Notes: generated by a model not told the origin, from the sequence alone. Shown: positions 1 through 11,230, counted from the first letter of the stretch. The stretch is 64,000 nt of DNA from Paraspadella gotoi (GCA_051294375.1 CM119268.1:8303008-8367007), one strand, 5' to 3'. Numbers and translations: made by a program.

Positions 1-644
1 TCGCGCGGATCCGGGAGTCTCTTTATAAAAAATGTTTGTTTTCTCTCTCAATTTTAAATTTTTATATAAAATGTTTGTTTTCTCTCTCAATTTTAAATTT
101 TTATTGTTATATTATTATTTTAACAAGTTTGAGCAAACAATGTCGGATCTGCCTACGATAATTAATTAATTAATTGATTAATTAATTAATTAATTAATAA
201 ATTAATTAATTAATAGATTAATTAATTATTTAATTAATAGATTAATTAAATTTATATTCAGCTTGTCATCATCGATGTCCTTAAAATTGAGTCAGGACAG
301 TTATTAAATGTTTTGTTTACATTTTATCAAACAACAAATATCCTCTATTATCGAGCCAGGCGGGCAAAGCCGTCCTGTCTAGATTTTTTTCGGTTTAGCT
401 TTCGGTCTCGCTTTTTTGCAATCATGGCTTCTGAAAGTGTGATATCATAGGGAGTTGAATTTTCATATATGGCTTCTAATCATCAAGATCTTTAAAATTC
501 TCATGTTCATATCAATATTGGTATTTGTTTATGTTTATTTACAAACAAAAACGTTTTAATTATATGTCGCTCTCTCTCTCTCTCTTTTTCTCCGTCACTG
601 CTTCTTCTAAAAACGAGTTCCGGCTCTGCAGCGTCTGTCCAGCT

Positions 645-693
<49 letters not shown>

Positions 694-740
694 TACAAAA
701 AATTTTTTAGATATAATGTGGGTTCACTAATGTAAAAAAC

Positions 741-818
741 GATGCCGCGAACAGGGCGCGAACCCGGGTCCTTTGGGTAGAGAATAGCTCACGCTACGTG
801 CGGCGCCATAAGTACTGC
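741..818 (-). mobile_element. Degenerate tRNA-derived SINE-like head
   Basis: The minus strand has A-box-like TGGCGCCGCACG and B-box-like GGTTCGCGCCC at tRNA-like spacing. It does not fold into a clean cloverleaf. Confidence 0.35.
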
Positions 819-1178
819 TGATTCTTTAACGAGTAAAGGGGCTGTAGAGCTTCTCCTCTCTCTCTCTTTTAATTATTATATATTGCTCTTTCTCTTTCTC
901 TTTTTCTCTGCAGCGGCTGTCTCTCTCTCTCTCTCTTTTTTCTCTCTCTCTCTCTGTCTCTCTGTCTCTCTGTGTGTGTCTGTCCCTATCTGTCGATCTT
1001 TTGCGTGATCGTTTGTTTTTGAAAAATTCTGATTATTTTTTTCCTTCTAAAAACTTTTTTATATTGCCATTTATTCCGCGCTTTTTTTCAATACAAAATC
1101 CCATATTTTCATCCGAGATTTTCGTGGATTTATTCTCTTTCTTTCTCTCTCTCTCTCTCTCTTCTCTCTCTCTTTCTT

Positions 1179-1236
<58 letters not shown>

Positions 1237-1267
1237 ACTCATACACGCATTTGTTTGTTTTATGACT

Positions 1268-1480
1268 ATCATCGCATCAATGAATGACAATCATCGCATC
1301 AATGAATGACAATCATCGCATCACTGAATGACTATCATCACAGCAGTGAATGACTATCATCACATCAATAATTGATTATCATCGAATCAATAATCAATTC
1401 CTATTACATCAATAAATTACTATTACATCAATCAATTAGTATTACCTCAATCAATTACTAGTACATCAACAATTCGTTAT
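1268..1480. repeat. Degenerate 22-bp to 19-bp minisatellite
   Basis: ATCATCGCATCAATGAATGACA units decay into TATTACATCAAT-type units. Confidence 0.8.
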
Positions 1481-1759
1481 CGCATGATTCATTCGTTTTT
1501 TTCCGGTTTTTTTCATTAATTTTCTTATGATAGTGGGCTCTGGCTCGATCTTGAGTCTTTTAAGATTTTTTATTTTATGTTCCTTCTCTCTCTCTCTCTC
1601 TCACTCTCTCTCTCTCTCTCTCACTCTCTCTCTCTCTCTCACTCTCTCTTTCTCTCTCTCTCTCTCTCTTTTTATGCAATAGCGACGATCCTTATGCTTT
1701 TAAGATTTTTTAACTTGCATCATTTTTTCAACTTGCATAATTTTTTCAACTTGCATTCC

Positions 1760-2863
1760 GTCAAACTTTATATCTAGCTTCTTCACTCACTTTCCTACCG
1801 GCTCACAAAATTTCATCTCAATCTATCATGGTTAAATAAATAAAAAGATTCAAGTAAATGTGACTCATATTTTTTTCATTTAAACTCATTTCCACTGTAC
1901 GTTTCCACTGAAACTTTATATCAAGCTTCGTCATACGTTTTCCTACCCCACACAAAATTTCAACTCAATCTATCCATCCAATTATGATTAATAGGAGTAT
2001 TTATTGGTTAAAATAAGTAAAAAGATTTAGTAAATTCGACTTATGTTTTTTCCATTTAAACTAATTTCCACTCACACGATTCCATCGAAATTTTATATCC
2101 AGCTTTATCACACACTTTCCTACCTACACACAAAATTTAATTCCAATCCAACCAGCCAATCACGAGTATTGGAGCTTTTTGCTAAGATGGGACGGATGGA
2201 CGGATTGATTGACTAATTAATTAATTATGATTAATTTATTTACTAATTGATTAATTAACTGATTAATTATTTGATTTATTAATACATCCTGCAGATACAT
2301 TTAATATAAAAGGAAAGAAGCATAATCAATTAGTAAAACAGGTTTTTTGTTTTTTCCATTTAAACTCATTTCCACTCAAACTATTCCATCGAAAACTTGA
2401 TTTCCTGTTCAATCACACACTTTCCTACCCACATACAAATTCCAGGTCAATCAACCCATCCACTCATGCGCAATTGGTGTTCAAATAGTGAATATATTTT
2501 TTTTTGTTTTTTCCATTTAAACTCAGTTCCACTCGGACGATTCCATCGAAACTTAATATCCAGCTCAATCACACACTTACCTATCCACACACAAAATTTC
2601 ATTTAAATCCATCCAGCCAATCACGAGTAATTGGTGTTTTTTGCTAAGGTGGGACGGACGGACGGACGGACGGACGGCGGACGGACGGACAGACGGACGG
2701 ACGACATCATTTTTTTGGCATAATTTATCATAATTCGATGTTCTGACATGATATAAGAGTGTGCCCGACAATATTGAGGGGGCGGACCGACGGACCGAAA
2801 AAGTGAGTTATAAAAAAGTGAGTTATAGAGTCGGGATCTGCTGATAAGCAGATCCGACTAAAA
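1760..2863 (+). mobile_element. Non-autonomous Helentron-like (HINE/DINE-1-like) element
   Basis: Several degenerate internal units of roughly 130-200 bp (TTCCATTTAAACTCATTTCCACT...CACACTTTCCTACC), a (GGAC)n microsatellite, then AGTTATAGAG, a terminal hairpin at 2829-2859 and an A-run. Confidence 0.55.
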
Positions 2864-4009
2864 TTCTATTTATTAGTGATTTTTTTTTGTTTTATTATCT
2901 TTAACCTTTACTTAGCCTTAATCCTAATTACTGAATATATTTTGCTTCAAATAATTTCAATACTTAATAAAATTAAAAAAATCACTAATAAATAAAATTT
3001 TTAAAAAAAATAATATAACAATAAAAATTTAACCTTAACTTACTTTTAACTATAACATAATCATTACCTAAATATTAATATAATAACAATAATATCAAAT
3101 ATTAAAAAATATGATAGTATCTGCATTCCTTTAATTTTCTTTCCAAGAAATTATCTCTTCCGTTCTCTTTCCATTCCTTTTCTTTTTCCATTAATTTATT
3201 AAGAAAAACCTTGCTCTTCATTTTCCCAACTCCAGAATGCCAAATATTTTTACATCACCAAAACATTAATTATTTTAATTCTTATAAATTTCATTTGATT
3301 ACCTACATATCAAAATTTTTAAAAAAGTCTAGCACAGTTTTTGTCTGGGAAAAGTTAGTTAGTTCCATTCTGTTTTGAGAGGTCGCCTTATACCAGATGT
3401 TGAGCCAAGCTGAAACAAAAGCCCATACAAAACAGTTAGTTGTCTGGAATCTGCTATTTTGTCAGCCAGTTTTCATTTTTAATCATTTAAAATTATTTAT
3501 AACAAAAATTGTCAATTGATTTTCTTTTCTTCTCTAAGAAATAAATGAAAAAAAAAATTACAGAAAAAATGAATCAAGAAATTCTAATGAAAAAATAGTT
3601 TAACACAATAGTGAATAGATAATGGATTTGTTTAATGCTGTTCCATTAAAAAATTAAATGTGGTCGGCTCGCCTTATTCTAAGATGATTCTAAGATCATC
3701 ACCATAATGATAGAAAATAGAATGTAGTTCTTGAGTTCATGAGGCTGGTGTTGTTCTTTTTGATCACCATAAATGAAACAGAAAACGAAAGATAACAAAA
3801 CACACAACTGAATTATATTTTTATTTTATAATATATTAAAAAAGAAATTTTATTCATAAGGTTGAATATGTTATGAAAAAAAATTGTATGTTTTAGTTTA
3901 TGTATAATAAACATGTAAGATTAGAATAAAAAGTGAGATAATGACAAAATGTTACATTTAGAGAGAAAAAAGATAGGAAGAAATAAAGAGCGAGAAAGCA
4001 AGAGAAAAA

Positions 4010-4067
<58 letters not shown>

Positions 4068-5004
4068 CGGGCCCGATCGCTCGGATTTCGACCGGAAGAG
4101 CCCGACTCACCATCGAGAGAGAAAAAATATCCCTGATCCGAGCGGAAGAAACCGGAAGGAGAAGTGAGTCGGTCGGCAGCGCTCGCCGCCGCTCCGGTCT
4201 ACGGCTGCGTACGGGAGAGCTGAGTATATGACTCGTGTCATCGGGCTGAGTGGTATAAATATCTCGCGATAAAAAGAAAACAAGATGAACAATTTCTTTT
4301 GCCATATTAAAAACTCGCTCATCGATTCTCAGCAGAATCGAGGGTTCCAAATTCTACTAACCGAATTATTTTCCTCGCTGAGAGAAAAAATGTCGTCGAT
4401 GGAATCTTCGTTTCAGTCATAGCGAATGTTGCACAGAGTTAGTATTAAGTAACCAAACTGGATTTACAACTTTTTGGTCACCACAGGAAATGTTTGTAAA
4501 CTTTTTTTTACTCACTAAGTATTGCTCGAGAAACTAGAATATAAAAAAAACTCCTGCTTGAAATACTAGAAATTAGAGACTATAATCGATGGTGATTATT
4601 GATTATGATTGATTGGCACTATTATTACGACTTGACGTTTCTGTAGATATGCTTTATGATTCATAAATCATGTTAATGGGAGTTATAACGTTTTTAGTAC
4701 AAACCGTCCAAATAATCTATCGGGATCGCACATCGCTCACCTAGGATTAGCTTAGCCAATTATCATAGGCGACCGGATACCATTCCGCTGCCCTCGAATC
4801 ACACAGTGATTTCTCGCATCCCTCGCATGTTTTTCGCATCACCCACTGTGCGCCGAGATTCGTCGTCGTTGGAGAATTTTATATTCAACAATTATGAATT
4901 CGCGTCGCGGAACGAGAAGGAGCGAAACTTTAATGAATCCCATTATGCGCGGGAGATTATGCGTGGGCTTCGAACGAACATGTTCGCGGGTCTCCTTCTC
5001 TTCT

Positions 5005-5055
<51 letters not shown>

Positions 5056-5396
5056 ATGCATAGTGATGAAGTAATGATGTTATGCATACGTTTCACGGAT
5101 AAACGAGATTAATAACTAGAGAATCCGGGGGGGGAGAACATGTTTTGTATTTTTTTATGATCATGATTTGTCGGGAAAAAAACAAATCAAGACCTCCGTT
5201 TAGAAAAGTCCGGAATCTTGGCTAAAGTTTTCAGAAATGATCTCGAAAGTGCTATTGTAATATTTTGTAAATATTGTAAATCTTTCCAGAACGAAAATAC
5301 TCATTATATTTCAGTAAAACATATAATAAAAGTTATTTTTGTCAAATACATGGTCCCAATAGATCGAGATGTACCACGTATAAAATAAAGAAAATA

Positions 5397-5593
5397 TGTA
5401 GCTTCCAAATCCCTGCACCAAAATTATTTTAACATCTCGCCGCCTTTTTTTCCCGATATATCACATAGATTAATTATGGCTCCCTCCTGTGATTAATCCT
5501 TTATTATTTACCTTTCATCTGGCTCTATATTCGATGTTCTCTCAGTTTCGATTTTAATCTCACGGTGCCAGGGTGTTCCTTCTAATATCTACA
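5397..5593 (+). repeat. 5' LTR (~197 bp)
   Basis: Reads TGTAGCTTCC...ATATCTACA with terminal inverted repeat TGTAG/CTACA. Near-identical to 11240-11430. Confidence 0.95.
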
Positions 5594-5596
5594 GAA

Positions 5597-5611
5597 TGGT
5601 GAGCCCTTCCT
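5597..5611 (+). promoter_or_regulatory. Primer binding site (TGGTGAGCCC, most like a tRNA-Trp-type PBS)
   Basis: TGG begins after a 3-nt spacer following the 5' LTR. The first 10 nt have one mismatch to the tRNA-Trp PBS TGGTGACCCC used by CsRn1-clade elements. The tRNA assignment is inferred. Confidence 0.7.
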
Positions 5612-5941
5612 CGAACTAAACCAACCTTTATTATCTGATACTTAAAACAATTAAGTAAACTACAAAAAGTCTATTAAGCCTGATACTTATGTCTCGATAT
5701 CTATCTCTGATTTTATTCATCATTTCACTAAACTGAGCCCTTCCTGCTTACTCAATAACTCGGCATTATCTCGAAGCCATCTCAAAACAAAATCAAGTGA
5801 AGAAGAAGGAGGCAACCAACGGATTCGGATTCTCCCTTCAGGTGGGCAAGAAATTGTGTAATTAAGCTTTACCGCTTGTCCTCCTGTTGACCGCCTCCAT
5901 CCCCGTTTTCCCTACCCTATCCTCAACCTACTCCCTGGCGA

Positions 5942-7012
5942 ATGAGCGGCAACCAGATCGAAACTCGGCAGGCGGTGCGACGCCGTCAACGGGAAGACGA
6001 TTCTCCCACACCCGGCCACGCCCATCTTCACCTACCTTTCGGATTCGGACGAGGCCATCGCTCCCGCTCCACTTCCCCCAACGTCAACGCCAGCGGAGAA
6101 CAATTCGTTTTTCCAGGCAACGCCAACAACGCCGAAATGACCGCGACTCCCAATCCTCAAAACGAACTGATCCGAAATCTCACGGAGACGCTAGCGGCGT
6201 CACTACAAGGCGTCAATCTCAAAAAACCCAAGCTTCCAGATTTTGACGCCGAAAACGTCGACCTATGGATCAAACGTGTCGATGCCGCGTACATCCGCGC
6301 AAATACCGTCTCTCCCAAGGAAAAATTTGCTTATCTAGAAGATAAATTCAGCGTCGATTTCAACCCACGCATCAACGCCTTCCTGTACGGCGCGCCAACG
6401 GCTGAAAGATGGGATGATTTCATTCGATACCTCCGTTGTGAGTACGGACGCACGAAATCACAACAAGCGGCGTCGCTCATCGATGGAACCCGCCGTGAAG
6501 GACGCCGCCCATCGCAGCTCTTGGCCATGATGAAGGAAAAGGCCGGTGACGTCACTGTTGACGACATCCTGAAGGAGTGGTTACTCCGAGAACTCCCAGT
6601 CGACGTTCAACGAAACCTCGCCGAACGTGTGGAGACTTTAGATGCCGAAACTACGGCTAAATTTGCCGACTCGTATTTCAACAAGGACGGTCAACCTCTC
6701 CACGCCGGAAACTCGATCAACGCAGCAGTTCCACCATTGATGCCAGAGCTTGCAACCGACGACGCCGACCCAATCAACGCCGTCAACCACGATCGTCGAC
6801 GCCACTTCCAGCCGCCGAAAAAACCTTTCACCAAACCCTTCACAAACCGACAAACTTTGGCATCAAATGCAACATCTGCCCCCAGCCAAGCCAAGACGAC
6901 TTCAGTGCAGATATGTTTTTATCATCGAAAGCATGGCGACGCTGCCCGGCGTTGTGAAACTGGCTGTTACCGTCAACAATCGGAAAACGGAAGGGCCGGA
7001 GCTCGGAGGTGA
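5942..7012 (+). CDS. gag: Retrotransposon Gag (356 aa)
   Basis: N-terminal KLPDFDAENVDLWIKRVD motif typical of invertebrate gypsy Gag, and a C-terminal CHCC zinc knuckle CFYHRKHGDAARRCETGC. Confidence 0.93.
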   Translation: MSGNQIETRQAVRRRQREDDSPTPGHAHLHLPFGFGRGHRSRSTSPNVNASGEQFVFPGNANNAEMTATPNPQNELIRNLTETLAASLQGVNLKKPKLPDFDAENVDLWIKRVDAAYIRANTVSPKEKFAYLEDKFSVDFNPRINAFLYGAPTAERWDDFIRYLRCEYGRTKSQQAASLIDGTRREGRRPSQLLAMMKEKAGDVTVDDILKEWLLRELPVDVQRNLAERVETLDAETTAKFADSYFNKDGQPLHAGNSINAAVPPLMPELATDDADPINAVNHDRRRHFQPPKKPFTKPFTNRQTLASNATSAPSQAKTTSVQICFYHRKHGDAARRCETGCYRQQSENGRAGARR

Positions 7013-7031
7013 ACGCCGTTCAGCCCGGCCC
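6982..7031 (+). promoter_or_regulatory. Predicted -1 ribosomal frameshift signal (G_GAA_AAC plus downstream stem-loop)
   Basis: The heptamer 6982-6988 is in the gag frame. After a 4-nt spacer, GGGCCGG (6993-6999) pairs with CCGGCCC (7025-7031), enclosing an inner TGAAC/GTTCA stem. Confidence 0.75.
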
Positions 7032-10000
7032 AAATGATTTTGAAAATTCGCCTCTCTTATACGTTCACGACACAAACAATAAATTACGATGGTTAGTAGA
7101 CGGCGGCGCCATGGTCTCAATTTTACCTCCAACTGCAGCTGAGAGGGTTAAGGGACCAACACCAACACATTTGCGCGCTGCCAATGGCACCAACATCTCA
7201 TGCTATGGATACAAAAACTTACTTATCAATCTCGATGGCAAGGAATTTCCATTTGCAGTAACCATAGCCGATGTTTCACAACCGCTATTAGGCGCTGATT
7301 TTTTGGCAGAGCATTACCTTGCTCCAAACCATCGAGATCACGAGCTCATCGACCTTAGGGATTACACAACCATAGTTTCTACCCCTGCATTAAAAACACA
7401 AAACAATACCTTACGTGTCAATTTCGTTGATCAAGCCAATGACCCATATTATCAACTCTTAGATCAGTATCCCGACCTTTGCATCCCTTCTTTCCAACCC
7501 CGCGAGCCAAAACATGGAGTCAAACATTATATCCCTACACAGGGATCACCCGTCCAGTCCCGTGCTCGGCGACTCTCTCCGGAGAAATTGAAGGTCGCCC
7601 GCGAAGAGCTGGAAAAACTTTGCGAGCTCGGAATTGCCCGCCGTGCCAAGAGCGAGTGGGCGTCGCCACTTCTCGTCGTAAATAAACCAGATGGTGGCTA
7701 CAGGGTTTGTGGCGATTTTCGGCGCCTCAATAACGTCACCATAGACGATAAATATCCAGTAAAAACACTCAATGACTTTAATGCAAACCTTTCGGGAAAA
7801 ACTATTTTCAGTAAAATTGATTTACTGAAAGGTTACCATCAGATTCCGGTAGCCGAGGACGACGTCAAGAAAACGGGCGTCATTACACCATTTGGCCTCT
7901 TTGTTTTTCCCCGAACCCCATTCGGCCTGAAAAACGCCGGCCAAGATTTTCAGCGCCTGATGGATGAAATCTTGGCCGACCTCCCACACGTTTTCGTCTA
8001 CATTGACGATATACTGGTGGCCTCAACATCCCCTTCAGAACACAAACAACACCTTAAGGAAGTTTTCGACACGCTCCACGAGAATGGTTTAGTAGTGAAC
8101 CGCAAGAAGTGTGTTTTTGGAAAACCAGAATTAGAGTTTCTCGGTTATAAAGTCAATGCTCAGGGCATCTCCCCACTCCCTGAAAGAGTCACTGCAATCA
8201 CTGAGACGAAACCTCCAACGACAGTCAAAGAATTACAAAGGTTCTTAGGAATGATAAATTATTATAGAAGATTCATTCCCCGCTCAGCTCATCACTTATT
8301 CCATCTGTTTGATGCTCTCAAAAGCAAACCAAAAACCCTAGAGTGGACGACCGACCGACAACAAGCTTTCGAGGCCATCAAACAAGCCCTTGCTCAAGCA
8401 ACCATGCTTCGTCATCCACGCCCAGGCGCCCAGCTGGCTGTTACATCGGATGCCTCCAATACAGCAATTGGAGCCGTTTTAGAACAGAGAGGTCCGCAAG
8501 GCTGGGAGCCACTCTCATTCTTTTCGGCTAAACTTCATAAAAACCAACAGCAATGGCCGCCTTTTGATCGAGAATTGTTGGCAGCTTTCCGCGCCATCAG
8601 ACATTTCCGTCCCATGATCGAGGGCTGCCCTTTCACCCTATACACCGATCACAAATCGTTAGTGCCGGCCCTCGCCAAGAAATCGGAGCCTCACACAGCT
8701 CGACAGACCTACCAATTGGCAGGAATAGCGGAATATACCACAGATATCCGTTACTTAGCCGGCAAAGCCAATGTCGTCGCGGATCAGCTTTCAAGACCGA
8801 CCACAATGACTCAAGAACCACCTGCCGACGACCCTCCTCCTCCTCCCCCTCTTTCCCCCACCCTTCCCCCTCTTTTTCCCCCTCTTTCCAGCTCTCAATC
8901 GAACCCAACGCCTATCGCCGTTTCCTCAATCGACAAACCCGTCCAAGAAGAGAAACTTGACGATTTTGCAAAAACAGTTTCATCAATTCTCCCTTACGGC
9001 ATTGATTTGACCGCCCTCGCCGCCGATCAACCTCTCGACGCCGATTTCATTAGCATCTCCCAGGAAGCCAGGACTGGACTCCGTTTCCGCCGAATCCCCT
9101 TGGGCAACTCCGAGATCGTCGTCGACGTAAGCAATGGCCCTTGCAGACCTTTTGTCCCTTTTTCTTGGCGGCGTCGAGTTTTCGACGCTGTCCACAACCT
9201 TGGCCATCCCGGTGTCGAGCGCACTCGACAGACTATCTCTCAACGATTCGTTTGGCCATCAATGCGATCAGATGTATCGAAATGGGCCCGAGCATGCCAT
9301 GATTGCCAAAGAGCCAAAGTAACAAAGAATACAATACCAGAAATTGGCAAATTTGAACTTCCCGACCGCCGTTTTTCCCACATCCATGCTGATCTGGTCA
9401 CTCTCCCCATATCAAATGGATATAAATATGTCCTAACAATAGTCGACCGATTCACAAGGTGGCCCACGGCAATTCCAATTAAAGATATGACCGCTCAAAC
9501 TGTCATTGATGCCTTGACGCACGGTTGGATAGCGTCTTTCGGCGTCCCGGCGACAATCACCACAGATCGCGGCGCCCAGTTTCAGTCCGCCTCGTGGAAA
9601 CAGCTCCTGAAATCATGGGGCATTCAGCACAACTCGACAACCTCATATCATCCGCAATCGAACGGTTTAGTCGAACGATTCCATCGGCGATTAAAAGAAT
9701 CTTTGATTGCCCTCGGCAACGACGCCCACGACAAATGGTACTGGCGATTGCCGTGCTCACTCCTCGCTATTAGGACAACTCTAAAACCTGACGTCGGAGC
9801 CTCTCCCGCTGAACTTGTTTACGGCGAGGCGATAGCCATCCCAGGAGACTTACTTCCGTCCCAGACCGGAAATGACGCCGCTGAATCACGTCAGCGTCGA
9901 CAAACTCTCGCCAATCTTCGCCTGGAAGTTTCGCGCCTCCAGCCTCAACCTACATCGACTCACAGAGAACCGCGTACTTATATCCCAAACTCTCTTCGAC

Positions 10001-10323
10001 ACTCCGCTTTCGTCTACGTGAGGCGTGGCGGCATCAACGCCCCCCTCACGGCTCCTTACCTCGGCCCATACCGAGTACTAGCGCGCGACGAACTAACCTA
10101 CAAAATCGAAATTCCCGGGCGAGGAAACGAGAATGTTTCCATTTCTCGTTTAAAACCCGCTTGGGAGGCGCGGAACGAGGACGAGGGCATCAACGGGCGG
10201 CGTCAACGCGAAATCACGTCCCCACCCCTTCTCCTCCCCTCGCCGCCGCCTCGCGGCCGGCGACCCGGCTTACGAACTCGAAACGTTTCTCATCAACTAG
10301 AACTCTTCGACCACGAAACGTGA
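6982..10323 (+). CDS. pol: Retrotransposon Pol polyprotein (protease, RT, RNase H, integrase), -1 frame relative to gag
   Basis: ORF 7009-10323 is open back through the slippery site at 6982. Motifs: protease LVDGGA and LLGADFL; RT CGDFRRLN, KIDLLKGYHQIP, PFGLKNA, YIDD; RNase H TSDAS and DRELLA; integrase HNLGHPG..CHDC, HADL, TTDRG, NGLVERFH; GPY/F motif PYLGPYRV. Confidence 0.97.
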   Translation, partial: GKRKGRSSEVNAVQPGPNDFENSPLLYVHDTNNKLRWLVDGGAMVSILPPTAAERVKGPTPTHLRAANGTNISCYGYKNLLINLDGKEFPFAVTIADVSQPLLGADFLAEHYLAPNHRDHELIDLRDYTTIVSTPALKTQNNTLRVNFVDQANDPYYQLLDQYPDLCIPSFQPREPKHGVKHYIPTQGSPVQSRARRLSPEKLKVAREELEKLCELGIARRAKSEWASPLLVVNKPDGGYRVCGDFRRLNNVTIDDKYPVKTLNDFNANLSGKTIFSKIDLLKGYHQIPVAEDDVKKTGVITPFGLFVFPRTPFGLKNAGQDFQRLMDEILADLPHVFVYIDDILVASTSPSEHKQHLKEVFDTLHENGLVVNRKKCVFGKPELEFLGYKVNAQGISPLPERVTAITETKPPTTVKELQRFLGMINYYRRFIPRSAHHLFHLFDALKSKPKTLEWTTDRQQAFEAIKQALAQATMLRHPRPGAQLAVTSDASNTAIGAVLEQRGPQGWEPLSFFSAKLHKNQQQWPPFDRELLAAFRAIRHFRPMIEGCPFTLYTDHKSLVPALAKKSEPHTARQTYQLAGIAEYTTDIRYLAGKANVVADQLSRPTTMTQEPPADDPPPPPPLSPTLPPLFPPLSSSQSNPTPIAVSSIDKPVQEEKLDDFAKTVSSILPYGIDLTALAADQPLDADFISISQEARTGLRFRRIPLGNSEIVVDVSNGPCRPFVPFSWRRRVFDAVHNLGHPGVERTRQTISQRFVWPSMRSDVSKWARACHDCQRAKVTKNTIPEIGKFELPDRRFSHIHADLVTLPISNGYKYVLTIVDRFTRWPTAIPIKDMTAQTVIDALTHGWIASFGVPATITTDRGAQFQSASWKQLLKSWGIQHNSTTSYHPQSNGLVERFHRRLKESLIALGNDAHDKWYWRLPCSLLAIRTTLKPDVGASPAELVYGEAIAIPGDLLPSQTGNDAAESRQRRQTLANLRLEVSRLQPQPTSTHREPRTYIPNSLRHSAFVYVRRGGINAPLTAPYLGPYRVLARDELTYKIEIPGRGNENVSISRLKPAWEARNEDEGINGRRQREITSPPLLLPSPPPRGRRPGLRTRNVSHQLELFDHET

Positions 10324-11230
10324 AAAACTTATCCGCACATTGTCCACCCTCCGCCTCCGGCTCCGCCATCGACCTCTCCCCCACCTCCGACACTCCCTTC
10401 CGCTCCAGAATCCGCCGAAAACTGCATTCAAACTGATAAAACGGTGCCAGAAAGCAAAAATAAACACAACGTAAACAACGATGTAAACAAAGATTCAAAC
10501 AATCCAATCTCATCGCCCCCATCACAACAACAACAAGAAAGCGAGTGCGATTTCGAAAGCGTTACTTCCCCCACGTTTTCCCTCGCCTTTCCACTCCCTC
10601 TCCCCCTCCCCCTCCCCCAAAATCTCCCTCAACAATTCTCGCGCCCTACTCCGAAAGTTTTTCGTGGCGAGCAAATCGACAAAGAACAGGCGCCAATCAC
10701 GTTACGTCAACACAGCGCTCTTACGCGCCGGTCTTAGCCCAGATCATGCGCGATCTCAACGAGACTCACCCTGCAACCGAATCGAACTACTCCAATGAAC
10801 GGATCAGTCAAACAAAACTTTATTCTTCCCTGTTTAAGTAACTTTTACTTAAATCGTTAAACTTTAATTTTTAATTGTTTCCAATCTCTCTTCAATCTAA
10901 AAACCTTTACTCGTTATAGTAAATCGTTATTGTTTACAAACAAATCCATACGTTATGTTTACATCCATCACACCGCAACGTAATCCATACGTTATATTAA
11001 CAAAAACAAACCCATAATTACCAAAAGCATCGATTTTTAATTCAAATCAAAGTAATCTCGAAGTAATTTTTCCATCTCGAATTATCCGTAATCAATTTTT
11101 CCCTTTTTCCTTTAAATTTTAAGTAGTTAAACACAACATGTGTTACTTTTAGTAGAATTTTATTATTACGAAATTTGGAAGCCTTTTATTTTAGACAAAT
11201 ACGTGCTAAAACTTTTACCCCGTTTTTATC

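Noticed and set aside
741-818. Functional tRNA gene (also considered at 37843-37914)
   Set aside because: A/B boxes are present but acceptor and anticodon stems do not form properly, so these are better explained as SINE heads.
10444-10841. env-like third ORF of the retrotransposon
   Set aside because: Short and low-complexity, with no signal peptide or TM segment.
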